This document shows, piece by piece, positions 28,437 to 38,692 of a stretch of DNA of 64,000 nucleotides. The position numbers were made by a program, and so were the translations under genes. The DNA is taken from positions 64,001 to 128,000 of the forward strand of contig JBITAJ010000004.1 in assembly GCA_044440125.1 (NCBI GenBank), read 5' to 3'. Below the pieces are notes generated by a model, which had not been told where the DNA came from, searched no databases, and worked only from the letters and a program-made list of their open reading frames with translations. How positions within the stretch are numbered: position 1 is the first letter of the stretch; each line of letters starts with the position of its first letter. Origin of the DNA: Sedimentisphaeraceae bacterium JB056 (GTDB lineage Bacteria > Planctomycetota > Phycisphaerae > Sedimentisphaerales > Sedimentisphaeraceae).

Positions 28437-31361
28437 TTATCTTCTCAAATATATTTTAATAGTTTCTACCGAATAAGCCTCTACATCCAGCATTACTCGA
28501 TTATTTTTAATTTTAAGTTCACTCGAATCTAATGGTCTTTCAAGCAAATCAACCTTCTGGGCACTTACTAACTGCGAGGCCAACTGCGGGCAACAACTAA
28601 TCGATACCGAAGCTTTTTCACCAAGAGTTTCCAGTAAACGAACTACAATAGATGAATCATCCTGACTCTTTTTTATTGCCTCTATGATTACCGAATCGCT
28701 ATCACAATTAATCATTGATTGCGAAACAGCAGGCATCTTTCCATCATGTACATCAGTACTTACCGGTTGAAGCTGGCGACCAAATGCATGGCCAACACGC
28801 TTAAGTTCTGCGATATCCATCTTGCCTGAATAAGGCATAAGAGCGAGCTTTATATTGTGCTTTGTAACCTCAGGCATGGGGTCGGGATTATAGCTTGAGC
28901 GAATCAGGTTTAGTCTCAAAGTATTATCCACAATGCCATAGCCATGCTTATACTCACTAACAACGGCAAACCCGCCATCATCATCAGAAACATCCGCCCA
29001 AAGCAGACCCGGAACATCCGAACCGTTCGTACCATTTCGCTCAATAGCACCGAAGGGTGTATCAAACCTGCTATGCTTAATATCAAAACCGGCAGGGAAA
29101 TTCATCCTCAAGCCCGGTGTACCGATATTACTATCCCCAATCTCTTTCCAGTCAACTTCTAATTCCATTTCAAGGTATGGGCTATTTTGTTTGAGAAAAT
29201 ACTCAACCGAAACAGTAGAACTCTTTACCTTATATTTAGCCGTAACCGAAGTTACATAACTACCCCTTAGAGATGGTTCTAAAGAGACCAAACGGATGCC
29301 GGAGACGGTTGCCTCTGTTGCAATTCGCCATGCCGCCATTGGATCTGGCAATTCTTCCAGATATTCCAGAGAAGACGTATTTTTCTTGTCATCACAGATA
29401 TTAATCCCTGTTTTTTTATCAACCATCGCCGAGACGTTGCCTGTCTTCTTGTTAAACAGAACTTGAATAAACTCATTTTCGAGACTCATCTGTCCCATCT
29501 CTTTCCATCTTATACGATGGAACTCCATGCCGTTTTTGACAGGTTCACCCAGACATTTCACATCAGTCTGCTTCTTATCGTATCCGATTGGAACTGCAAA
29601 CATAGACACAAACTCACCGGCGGGCTCGATTATCACTGTAGTATAACCAAACGCTTCAACCGTAACAGGAACCATTAGCTCTACATACTCATGTTGCCAG
29701 TAGCGACCTTGACTTACCCTGTCTGCCGAAACTTTTGTGCCATCGGGAAATACCGCAGTAAACTCAGTCGCTTTAACATCATCGGTCATAAAACCGCTAC
29801 CGCCATCCCAAACGGTGAGCTTAACAACCTCGCTACGTTTCCAGCCGGTAGGATTAAATATAACAAACGGACGTAATGGCCCGCTTTCATTTGAAAAACT
29901 TGAGATCTGACCATCGGCACTATTTCGCCCCACGCCCGCACTGGAAGAACGTGAAGATGTATTCACCGCTGGGTTATCGTTTTTACTGCCGGCAAACGAT
30001 GTATCTATCAAAGAAGACATCTTCCTAAGCGAAAGCGTCGTAATCATGGATGTATCAGCCAAGACATTCTGAGCCTGCCCCATCTGATAATCCCTCGCCT
30101 CGGGCGTACAAGAGCCGGGAAGTATATCATGAAAATGAGCAAAAAGAGTATCCTGCCACGCTTTTCTCAACGTGTCAAATGGATAGTTCTCGCCGGTAAA
30201 TACATCAGAAATAACGGCGGCAGTCTCAGCATCAAGCAACCTATTTTCAGAATCCCTTACCGCCTTTTTAATTCTCGATTGAGATGTATAACAACCCTCA
30301 AACTCAAAATTAAGCTCTCCTTCTACTACCGGAATATTATCGTATTGCTGCTGAACTATCCGGTAATACTTCTTTGTCGTGCTAAACTTCATATTCGGAT
30401 ACAGAGGCCAAGAATCCATCTCGATGCAATATTTAATATCACGCTCTGTAGGTCCGCCGCCATGATCGCCAACACCAAATACGCACATCCAATCCTTAAG
30501 ATTGGTCGTCTCAACAAAATTCATCAACCCCTTTACATTGTGCGAACCGATAAAATCGAAATACCAGCTACTTTCCTTGTTCACCAAGACCTTGGAGCCA
30601 TCAGGCGACTGCCAATAGAAAATTGGTGGCAAATCATCATCTTCACCGGTTCTACCACAGTAGTAATGACTAACCCCACCACCGCTTAAAATCATGGGAA
30701 TAGTATTTGCGTGCCCGAATGTATCCGGTTCCCAATCTATGCTTACATCTTCAGCATCAAGGTCAAAATGCTCCTTGCAAAACTCTCTTGTATAGAGCAG
30801 ATGCCGTACAAGGCTCTCGCCGGAAACAAAATTCTTTTCACCCTCAACCCATTGGCTTGCGGCAATTTCCCATCGTCCCTGCTGAACATAAGCCTTTATC
30901 CTTTTGAGCATCTCAGGATTGTACTTGCGAACAATATCGTACACCGCACCCTGGCTCTGACTGAAACAAAAATCTTCATACTTATCCAGAAGACGAAGAA
31001 CCGTGGTAAAAGTATCATTAACCACCGCAACGGTTTCTGGCCAGTTCCATTGCCAGTTCATATCAATATGTGCATGCCCAACACAATGTATCGTGTATTC
31101 CTTTGCAACGGCTGAAAAAGGGCTTAGTATCTCCTCTGCCTTTCGCACTGAACTCACAAGCTCAGAAAGTTTTCCAGCATCAACAGCATTACTGACAAGC
31201 AACTGCGCCTGCTCAAGCAAATCCTCTTTACCGATTAATAATTCCGGCCGCTGTTTAAAGAGCCTGCCAAGAAAATCTACCTGACTGTTAAAACGCTCTA
31301 TTTCCCAAGCGAACTTGGCATTAAGCGAATCAGCATCTATTTTTTTTATTCTATAATCCAT
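28437..31361 (-). CDS. GH38 alpha-mannosidase-like protein
   Basis: GHAHIDMNWQW, WEPDTFGH, GVGDHGGGP, HFHDILPGS; no signal peptide. Confidence 0.9.
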   Translation of the reverse strand: MDYRIKKIDADSLNAKFAWEIERFNSQVDFLGRLFKQRPELLIGKEDLLEQAQLLVSNAVDAGKLSELVSSVRKAEEILSPFSAVAKEYTIHCVGHAHIDMNWQWNWPETVAVVNDTFTTVLRLLDKYEDFCFSQSQGAVYDIVRKYNPEMLKRIKAYVQQGRWEIAASQWVEGEKNFVSGESLVRHLLYTREFCKEHFDLDAEDVSIDWEPDTFGHANTIPMILSGGGVSHYYCGRTGEDDDLPPIFYWQSPDGSKVLVNKESSWYFDFIGSHNVKGLMNFVETTNLKDWMCVFGVGDHGGGPTERDIKYCIEMDSWPLYPNMKFSTTKKYYRIVQQQYDNIPVVEGELNFEFEGCYTSQSRIKKAVRDSENRLLDAETAAVISDVFTGENYPFDTLRKAWQDTLFAHFHDILPGSCTPEARDYQMGQAQNVLADTSMITTLSLRKMSSLIDTSFAGSKNDNPAVNTSSRSSSAGVGRNSADGQISSFSNESGPLRPFVIFNPTGWKRSEVVKLTVWDGGSGFMTDDVKATEFTAVFPDGTKVSADRVSQGRYWQHEYVELMVPVTVEAFGYTTVIIEPAGEFVSMFAVPIGYDKKQTDVKCLGEPVKNGMEFHRIRWKEMGQMSLENEFIQVLFNKKTGNVSAMVDKKTGINICDDKKNTSSLEYLEELPDPMAAWRIATEATVSGIRLVSLEPSLRGSYVTSVTAKYKVKSSTVSVEYFLKQNSPYLEMELEVDWKEIGDSNIGTPGLRMNFPAGFDIKHSRFDTPFGAIERNGTNGSDVPGLLWADVSDDDGGFAVVSEYKHGYGIVDNTLRLNLIRSSYNPDPMPEVTKHNIKLALMPYSGKMDIAELKRVGHAFGRQLQPVSTDVHDGKMPAVSQSMINCDSDSVIIEAIKKSQDDSSIVVRLLETLGEKASVSISCCPQLASQLVSAQKVDLLERPLDSSELKIKNNRVMLDVEAYSVETIKIYLRR

Positions 31362-31370
31362 AATATAAAA

Positions 31371-33122
31371 TCAACCGCCGGAATAAACCGCTGTTGCCAA
31401 TCCTTTTTCTACATCTATACCATCAACTGTCATTAAACGGAATGAACCAGCATTATGCTGACTGCTATCCCAAGATTTGAGGAAATCATAATGACCACTC
31501 ATTTTTATCCATTCCCATGCATTAGCTCTAATTTGAGCACAATCCATATCCCAATAAGCAAACTTCTCTATACCCTGGTCATGAAACTTAACGATACTCG
31601 CCGGCCCCATCACATCAACTCCCCTATAATCAGGGAATAACGTAAACTCACAGTCATTGGCTTTTCCTGCGGCAATATAATCTTTATCAATTCCCTGCTG
31701 ACAAATCACCTCATCAAGCAAGCCTGCTTCTATCCACGCCTTGACATCAAGCCCCTCCTCGTAAGGAGTGCTACCAAGCCATACCTTTCTCCACGATGGC
31801 CACACCCATATAGAAAGCTCAATCTTCTTACCCTTAGCACACCCAACCTCATCAAGACATTTTCTAACCTTCTGCATAAACTCAGTCATAATTTCCGCTC
31901 TTATGCTGTGGAGCCTTTTATCAGAAGGGTCTACCTTGCGGGCATCTTCGCCATATTTTTCCTTAAATCTACGTAAAATAGGCTTTTCATACCACAATGC
32001 ATGCGGCCCGCGAACAAAACATAAATTTACACCATCGCAGTCTATTTGACTTGCTGATTCTCTTATCAACCCAAGCATGAAATCCTGCGTCTTAGGAAAC
32101 GCAAAACTTGCCTTCTCAAGAACTGTACCATCAGCAAGCATCTGTCGACAATCAGGATTCTGATCTAAAAAACCGCCGTGACTTTGTGATGCCGGTATCT
32201 TGCCAAGTATGCCCAGTCGCATCATAATATCAAACTTGATTCCCATTTCATGACAATGCTTCGCCGCAATGTTTTGAGCGATTATGCCCTTAGAAGCAAA
32301 ATTAAGGAGAGTGTTTTTCATCTGGGTTTCGCCACGATTCCTTTTGGTAGGGATTACACCGTCCTCAAAATCATAAGATGCCCACTTATCTACAAAAATA
32401 GCCCCTGCAACTTTTGTAGGATAATTAACTCTATCACCATAATTAACCGCCCAGAGAACCTTGCCAACATCAGAATACCGATACGGCTCTACCAGTGACA
32501 ATATATCTTCCTCATCTTCAAACTGATTCCAGAAAAAGTAACTCATACCATCAATAGTTGATGTGAGATTGCGTGTTGAGTCGTCTTCTCTATCGGCAAT
32601 AACGCTTTCAATCTCCTTATCGCTCATCGGAACAAGTTTGATATATGCGTAGTAAACCCTATGACCAAGCAGACCATTAGACTTATCCAACACAATATCC
32701 TTACCAGTCAAATCAGCACAATCAAAATACACTTCCCTCAGGAATGTAGCGTCCTGAGTTCCGTTACTTGCAGAATCATGTATCAGCCTAAAACCCTTCT
32801 GATCAGAAAGTTTTATCTGCAAAGTTGTCGGCGTGCCCCAGTTAGAATCAAATTTAGGGTTCCAATAGCCCACGTATATCTTATGCCATCCGTTAACCTG
32901 GACCGGGACAGTTACTGCCGGTGCATTAATATGTGCAAGCGTACCAATCATCTTACCTCTAAGCTCAGCGGTAGAATAATCAATCAATTGCCATTTGCCC
33001 TGCTCAAGCTTTTCAGAGAATGCCGCAGGCTTACACTTACTCATATCTGTAATATAAACAGATTTAGCAAATCCCAACCCACTAAGCAAACAACATATAA
33101 AAACAACTATACTCTTCTTCAT
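31371..33122 (-). CDS. Secreted putative glycoside hydrolase (uncharacterised TIM-barrel family, GHL10/GH156-like)
   Basis: Signal peptide; YITDMS domain; IDGMSYF, LWAVNYG, FDIMMRLG, DGVNLCFVRGPH, GLDV..W; ends AVYSGG. Confidence 0.65.
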   Translation of the reverse strand: MKKSIVVFICCLLSGLGFAKSVYITDMSKCKPAAFSEKLEQGKWQLIDYSTAELRGKMIGTLAHINAPAVTVPVQVNGWHKIYVGYWNPKFDSNWGTPTTLQIKLSDQKGFRLIHDSASNGTQDATFLREVYFDCADLTGKDIVLDKSNGLLGHRVYYAYIKLVPMSDKEIESVIADREDDSTRNLTSTIDGMSYFFWNQFEDEEDILSLVEPYRYSDVGKVLWAVNYGDRVNYPTKVAGAIFVDKWASYDFEDGVIPTKRNRGETQMKNTLLNFASKGIIAQNIAAKHCHEMGIKFDIMMRLGILGKIPASQSHGGFLDQNPDCRQMLADGTVLEKASFAFPKTQDFMLGLIRESASQIDCDGVNLCFVRGPHALWYEKPILRRFKEKYGEDARKVDPSDKRLHSIRAEIMTEFMQKVRKCLDEVGCAKGKKIELSIWVWPSWRKVWLGSTPYEEGLDVKAWIEAGLLDEVICQQGIDKDYIAAGKANDCEFTLFPDYRGVDVMGPASIVKFHDQGIEKFAYWDMDCAQIRANAWEWIKMSGHYDFLKSWDSSQHNAGSFRLMTVDGIDVEKGLATAVYSGG

Positions 33123-33134
33123 TTCAATCCTTTA

Positions 33135-35528
33135 TTAACCACCACTATAAATAGCATCCGCAATTCCATCATAAACGTTTATACCACCAACTTCATAAAG
33201 CTTGATATCGGTAGTATCGTAACTATCTCTAATATTCTCAAGATATTCCGAATGCCCTGCATATTTGAGATAGTTCCAAATATCAGCATCTTCTATTCTT
33301 TCCACGGCATCAAAAAACGCAAACCTGTTCGCACCATCTGTAAAAACCGACTGAACAATATCGGTAGTAACCTCACTACTTCCGGCGGAATACTGACAAC
33401 CATAAGTTTGACAAAGAGCCAGCAAATCACTATCAACTTGTCCTGAATAAACAAGTTCATCAATAGAACCGGATGTAATCCATGTGTCTATATCTATCCC
33501 ATCGGCAAATAAGTCATCTTCTGATACGATTGCTGTAATTCCGATACTACCATCAATAGCCGCTCTTATATCAGAAAGAAAACCATTCATAATATCTGCT
33601 CTTTTTTGAGCAATACGACTATCGGAAGAATCTATATTGCGCGGATCAACACCATAAGTTTTATAAAAAGCCACAACAAAGGGCTGTTCAAATCGAATAT
33701 AGGAGGCCTGTCCTCTAAAATCAAGGCATATACTCTCTGGAGAAAACTCACTAATTGCCTCATTTATAAGGTTAATCATAAATGTTTGAACAGATGAATA
33801 TGCGTAGCTCGCTCTGTTTACAAACTTGCCCTCGTATGTAATCTGCCTGTATCCTGGATTAAGTTCAACCAAACTATCAGGGCTCCAGAGTGGCATATTG
33901 GGCACACCACCGGCAATCCCCATCTCAAAGATAAGCCCCAAGTCTACAGAATATTCCGAACAAACATCGCTTACAATTTCACATACACTGGTTTGCGATA
34001 AACTAAGACTACTGTAAGTTTCATACTCTTGTTTATCTGCTATCACATTCTCATTGACAGTTTCAATAAGGACGCTACTTTGAGCATCAGAGCGGTAAAC
34101 AGCTCCGGTTAAAGAAGACTTAAAGTCTGTAATAAAACCACTTGCCGCCGGCCACAATACACGATTCACATCGGTATCTACCAAAGGTTTGATAAGCCTG
34201 CGATAATCATCAACAGTTGTAAACTCACCCTTTGAAAAATAATCACGACCGAAAACAGCCGTTACCGAATTGGTGGAAGAATTGTAACTCGATACAAAAT
34301 CTTCTGTAACAGGAACAAGCTTTAGGTATGCGATAAATGTCTTCTTCGCCGCAATGCCATTATCCTTACCTATAACAATATCATTACCTGTAAGGTTATG
34401 GAAACCAAAGAAAGCCTCTCGCAAATATGTAGAATCTTGCGTATCACGGCTAACACTTTCATAAGCACAGTTAAATCCAGGCTCACCGCTAAGCCGAAGC
34501 TTTACGCAACTATCGCCATCACCATTAAAACCAGGGTTCCAGTAACCAACATACACCCCATAATATCCATCCTGAGGAACAGGTATTGTTATTTCGGGGG
34601 CATCAATATACGATGGTGCCGAAAGCATCTTGCCCGATATTTGCAAACTCTCATAATCGATTACCTGCCACTTGCCAAGTTCAGCATCTTGAGAAATCGA
34701 AGTCGCAGGCGTAGCAATAGACATATCAGTAATGTAAAGGGTAAAGGAATCTTTCCTGCCTTGAAGCCAGTTCACTGCGACGGCATCAAGGTCGTCCATT
34801 CCCAATTCATCAAGCCAATAAGAAGCTACAATCCTATAATCATACATATCAACAAAACAGTCTTGATTATAATCGCCACCGCTCCACTCTGATGGGAGAT
34901 ATACCCCTGAAATCCAACGAATATAATCAAGCTCCCAATCGGCATCATTAGCCCCGGTCATATCACCAAACTGTATTTTACCGGAGCGGTTAAGACCCGT
35001 ATATCCCGAATAAAGCGTAGTTACACCAACCGCCTGATCATCGCCGTCATAATAGAGTTTAACCCCATCGCTGCCGGTTTGTATTGTTATCCGATAGGTA
35101 TGAAAATCATCCTGCGTATCAAGAGCTGTAAATCTGCAATTAGTAATATTAAAGCCATTGGATGCAAGCTCCATGATACAACCACGATCGGCAGAATCAT
35201 AGAAATTCATCATCGCTGCGCCACCACCTTCAAAGAGATTATTTTTAGCCCTTATCTCAATTGTAGCACCTTGGGCAAAATCAAGATCATTTCCTTCATG
35301 GTTCCATATCAGCCCAGCATCTTTACCAGTAGTGTCAATATGAATGATGCCGTTAAAAGCATCAAAGCTTTGATCCCAACCTACGCCCCATCCAGAAACA
35401 CTCCACTGACCGGTATTCGGCACAGTATCGGCATCATATCTACCCTGCCAGCAGTCACTGCTACTCTGGGCATAAATGTTTGAAAATGCTAATAAAATTA
35501 GTGCGATATATTTCATTATAACCTTCAA
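33135..35528 (-). CDS. Secreted lectin-like module + internal dockerin-like motif + degenerate paralogue of the putative GH
   Basis: Signal peptide; FHTYRI...FGD.TGANDADW.LDYIRW; GDYNQDCFVDMYD; YITDMS...AIYSGG. Confidence 0.65.
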   Translation of the reverse strand: MKVIMKYIALILLAFSNIYAQSSSDCWQGRYDADTVPNTGQWSVSGWGVGWDQSFDAFNGIIHIDTTGKDAGLIWNHEGNDLDFAQGATIEIRAKNNLFEGGGAAMMNFYDSADRGCIMELASNGFNITNCRFTALDTQDDFHTYRITIQTGSDGVKLYYDGDDQAVGVTTLYSGYTGLNRSGKIQFGDMTGANDADWELDYIRWISGVYLPSEWSGGDYNQDCFVDMYDYRIVASYWLDELGMDDLDAVAVNWLQGRKDSFTLYITDMSIATPATSISQDAELGKWQVIDYESLQISGKMLSAPSYIDAPEITIPVPQDGYYGVYVGYWNPGFNGDGDSCVKLRLSGEPGFNCAYESVSRDTQDSTYLREAFFGFHNLTGNDIVIGKDNGIAAKKTFIAYLKLVPVTEDFVSSYNSSTNSVTAVFGRDYFSKGEFTTVDDYRRLIKPLVDTDVNRVLWPAASGFITDFKSSLTGAVYRSDAQSSVLIETVNENVIADKQEYETYSSLSLSQTSVCEIVSDVCSEYSVDLGLIFEMGIAGGVPNMPLWSPDSLVELNPGYRQITYEGKFVNRASYAYSSVQTFMINLINEAISEFSPESICLDFRGQASYIRFEQPFVVAFYKTYGVDPRNIDSSDSRIAQKRADIMNGFLSDIRAAIDGSIGITAIVSEDDLFADGIDIDTWITSGSIDELVYSGQVDSDLLALCQTYGCQYSAGSSEVTTDIVQSVFTDGANRFAFFDAVERIEDADIWNYLKYAGHSEYLENIRDSYDTTDIKLYEVGGINVYDGIADAIYSGG

Positions 35529-37834
35529 TTCCCAATAATCTGGTCTAAACCGGCTGAAAGGTCTATATTATTTATAACTTCAATTGCGATTGTACGGCTC
35601 TGCGGAGCATAATTCCCCCAGTTAGCCATTTCGTCCTGATGACCAATTCTTCTAACCCAATTCCATGGATTATACTTAATCTGCACAGAATCAACATCCC
35701 AATATCCAAAACTATCAACACCATCATTATAGGCAGATGTAACGGTGTCAGGACTCATCGCCTTAGCATCTCGATAGCCGGTAAAGAGTGTAAAATCACA
35801 GCCGTAATTATCACAAAGAGACATATACGTAGCATCTGTTCCTTCCTGACATATAACTCTATCAACCAGACCAGAAGTAATCCAACCTTCAACATCCAAG
35901 CCCTCTTGAGCGGTTCTCTTACCAAGCCATACATTCTGATCATGAGGCCATACCCACACCGAAAGCTCTATTTCACGACCTTCGGCAATCTCAGCGGCAT
36001 CTACTACGCTACGTGCCTCGCTTACCAGTGCCGTCATAAACTCTATCCACACACCTTGCAATCTGGTATCGGTATAGTCGTAATCTGTAGCATCAAGCCC
36101 GTAGAGCTCAAAAAAACGATCTATAACCGGTTGTTCGTATTGCAGGAAGTGAGGACCACGTACAAAACATAAATTCACTCCATCTGCACCGGTAGTTTCG
36201 AGTGCTTCATTTATCATAGCAATCTGAAAATCCCTAACCGCTTCAAAGGCATAACTCGCCTTATTAACAACATTACCATCTTTATTTATCTGCCTGTATT
36301 CGGGGTGCTGATTTACATAGCTACTGGGATTCCACATTATATCGCCGGGAACACGACCTGTTATACCAAGCCTGAACATTATATCAAATTCAATACCGGC
36401 ATCATCTGCATAGCTCTTTGCCACCTCAACCGGACTTGTAGCAGACTGCTCCATCGTATTAAGAGCATCATACATCTGCTTTTGACCGATGATATAGCTA
36501 TTGGAAATTTGTCCATTAAATAAAGCCATACGCGTATCATCGCCTCCAAGCCATGACGTTTCCGGCAATGAGGATGGATAATTCACCCTGTCGCCGTATG
36601 ACAGGGCCCACAAACACCTTGCAGTATCACTATAGTGGTACTGCTCTATCACGTTTGCCATATCCTGCAAGTCAGAAATATCAAGATAATGAAAAATACT
36701 CATGCCATCAATCGTAGCGGCATCAAGCTTTCTTGTTGTAGTATCCTGCCTATCAAGCTGCACCGCAGATGCTTGTGCAACAGTTAACGGCACAAATTTA
36801 AGATAAGCATAAAATGCATTCATCCCCTGCAAGCCATTTTGTTTAGCAAGATTAACAGTTCTACCTGTCATATCCCTGCTGTCTATAAAAATTTCACGGA
36901 AATAGGTTTTTTCCTTACTATCAAAAACACCCTCATCAAGAATCAATCTATAACCGTTATCGTTATCCAACTTAATTTGCAGACCACATTTCCCGCCGTA
37001 TATAAACTCCGGGTTCCAATAGCCTACATATATTCCATACCACCCTGAAAGTGCGGGTTCTACTGTTATTGCCGGAGCGTTTATAAAAGAATACGCCGCC
37101 GCCATCTTTCCACACACTTGAGCAGTTTCGTACTCAAACAAGCTCCACTTACCCTGCTCAACTGTGCTGCTAAAACCAGATACAGTGCTGGCGTTGCTAA
37201 AATCACTAAAATAAACCGCAGACCAGTCAGGTATTTGCGGCTCACCTAAAATCCACCGGAGATAATCTATATCCCAGTTTCCATCATTTGTTGAAGTAAA
37301 ATCGCCAAACTGTATTCGATTAGTAATACTTGAGCTTTTATCTGTAATTGTAAAAACAAAGGCAGGGTCAACGCTATCATCAACATATAGTTTAGATTGA
37401 CCTATGCCGGTTTTTAGTAATAGTCTGTATGTATGAAAAGCATCTGTAGTATCAATCAAAAACGAGCGTTTGTTTACTACATTAACCATATTTCCCATCA
37501 GGTTCAACGTTACATTCCAGCCTTGAACATCATACACACTTATTGCCGTAGCACCACCTCCATCAGAACTATATACCTTTGCACATAATTCAATCGTCAT
37601 TCCAACCGAAAAATCTGAAACCTGTGAACTTACCCAATAGCAATATTCATCCGAACCGGTAGTATCAATATTCAATATTCCTGCCGAAACAGTACCACCG
37701 CTAATCCCCGAATGCGACCACTGGCCCGAAGGTAACGCATCTGCTTGGTAACCATAAGGCCAACTTGAGCTTGATGCATTCACCACGATAGGCAGTGTTA
37801 ATATAATAAAAATCAGGTAGGTTATCAGTCTCAT
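35525..37834 (-). CDS. Secreted lectin-like module + putative GH of the same family
   Basis: Signal peptide; DTTDAFHTYRL; IDGMSIF; DGVNLCFVRGPHFLQYE. Confidence 0.65.
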   Translation of the reverse strand: MRLITYLIFIILTLPIVVNASSSSWPYGYQADALPSGQWSHSGISGGTVSAGILNIDTTGSDEYCYWVSSQVSDFSVGMTIELCAKVYSSDGGGATAISVYDVQGWNVTLNLMGNMVNVVNKRSFLIDTTDAFHTYRLLLKTGIGQSKLYVDDSVDPAFVFTITDKSSSITNRIQFGDFTSTNDGNWDIDYLRWILGEPQIPDWSAVYFSDFSNASTVSGFSSTVEQGKWSLFEYETAQVCGKMAAAYSFINAPAITVEPALSGWYGIYVGYWNPEFIYGGKCGLQIKLDNDNGYRLILDEGVFDSKEKTYFREIFIDSRDMTGRTVNLAKQNGLQGMNAFYAYLKFVPLTVAQASAVQLDRQDTTTRKLDAATIDGMSIFHYLDISDLQDMANVIEQYHYSDTARCLWALSYGDRVNYPSSLPETSWLGGDDTRMALFNGQISNSYIIGQKQMYDALNTMEQSATSPVEVAKSYADDAGIEFDIMFRLGITGRVPGDIMWNPSSYVNQHPEYRQINKDGNVVNKASYAFEAVRDFQIAMINEALETTGADGVNLCFVRGPHFLQYEQPVIDRFFELYGLDATDYDYTDTRLQGVWIEFMTALVSEARSVVDAAEIAEGREIELSVWVWPHDQNVWLGKRTAQEGLDVEGWITSGLVDRVICQEGTDATYMSLCDNYGCDFTLFTGYRDAKAMSPDTVTSAYNDGVDSFGYWDVDSVQIKYNPWNWVRRIGHQDEMANWGNYAPQSRTIAIEVINNIDLSAGLDQIIGN

Positions 37835-37844
37835 AAATATCCTT

Positions 37845-37883
37845 AATACAATGGGCGACCCTACATGGGTCGCCCATTGTATT
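37845..37883. repeat. Perfect 17-bp intergenic stem-loop within the operon
   Basis: aatacaatgggcgaccc-tacat-gggtcgcccattgtatt. Confidence 0.85.
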
Positions 37884-37887
37884 TATG

Positions 37888-38658
37888 TTATTCTTCTTCA
37901 ACAGGTCTGGTATCCATAAGCCACATATTTGCCATTACGGCAAAGTCGCCAATATCAACAATACAGTTAAAGTCAAGGTCACCCACTGGTATAAGATTAT
38001 TAGAATCTCCACAGTAGCTTGTTACTCCTACTGGAGGAAAATCACCTTCGTTTGTCCAGCGGATATAATCAATATCCCAGTCAGCATCTGCCGTACCTGT
38101 AAGATCACCAAACATAAGCGTGTCAGAAGTTGTCATATTTTTATACGCAATCCTACCACTCATAAATGGCTCGTTAGCGTCATCCAGCCAGCACAAAACT
38201 GCTTGTGAATCTGGATTCAATGTAAACCTATAAGTATGAAAATCATTAGGGTCGAGATATTCAGTTGTAGAGTTTGTAAGGCTTATACGATTATTTCTAA
38301 GCGTAATACCAACCAAACTTGCATTTACATCATAAAACTGAACAACAGCAGATCCGCCATCCTGATATTCATTCATCTTAGCACGAAACTCTATACTCAT
38401 GCCGGTGTTAAAGTTAAAACCGACATCAGACATTGTCCAATATCCATAATCATCATCATCGTAAGAGTCCATGTTAAGAACCCCATCTTGGGCAATGCTT
38501 ATGTACTCAGCGTTTGCAACAGCAGTCCAGCCATCATTGGATGGAATATCGGTTGCCTCATAACTACCCTCCCAGGTAGTAGAATCAGCTGTAACAGCCA
38601 TCAAAGACGATGCCAAAAGCATCATAAATACCATAATTAAAGTGTATATTCTACGCAT
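37888..38658 (-). CDS. Secreted single lectin-like module with dockerin-like tail
   Basis: TADSTTWEGSYEA...DWDIDYIRWT; CGD...GDLDFNCIVDIGDF...WL. Confidence 0.75.
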   Translation of the reverse strand: MRRIYTLIMVFMMLLASSLMAVTADSTTWEGSYEATDIPSNDGWTAVANAEYISIAQDGVLNMDSYDDDDYGYWTMSDVGFNFNTGMSIEFRAKMNEYQDGGSAVVQFYDVNASLVGITLRNNRISLTNSTTEYLDPNDFHTYRFTLNPDSQAVLCWLDDANEPFMSGRIAYKNMTTSDTLMFGDLTGTADADWDIDYIRWTNEGDFPPVGVTSYCGDSNNLIPVGDLDFNCIVDIGDFAVMANMWLMDTRPVEEE

Positions 38659-38692
38659 AGTTTAATTCCTTATATTAATATCGTATGTAACC

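Noticed and set aside
32661..36172. Long plus-strand ORFs (e.g. 32661..33446, 34398..34892, 35639..36172)
   Set aside because: Antisense shadows of well-supported minus-strand genes.
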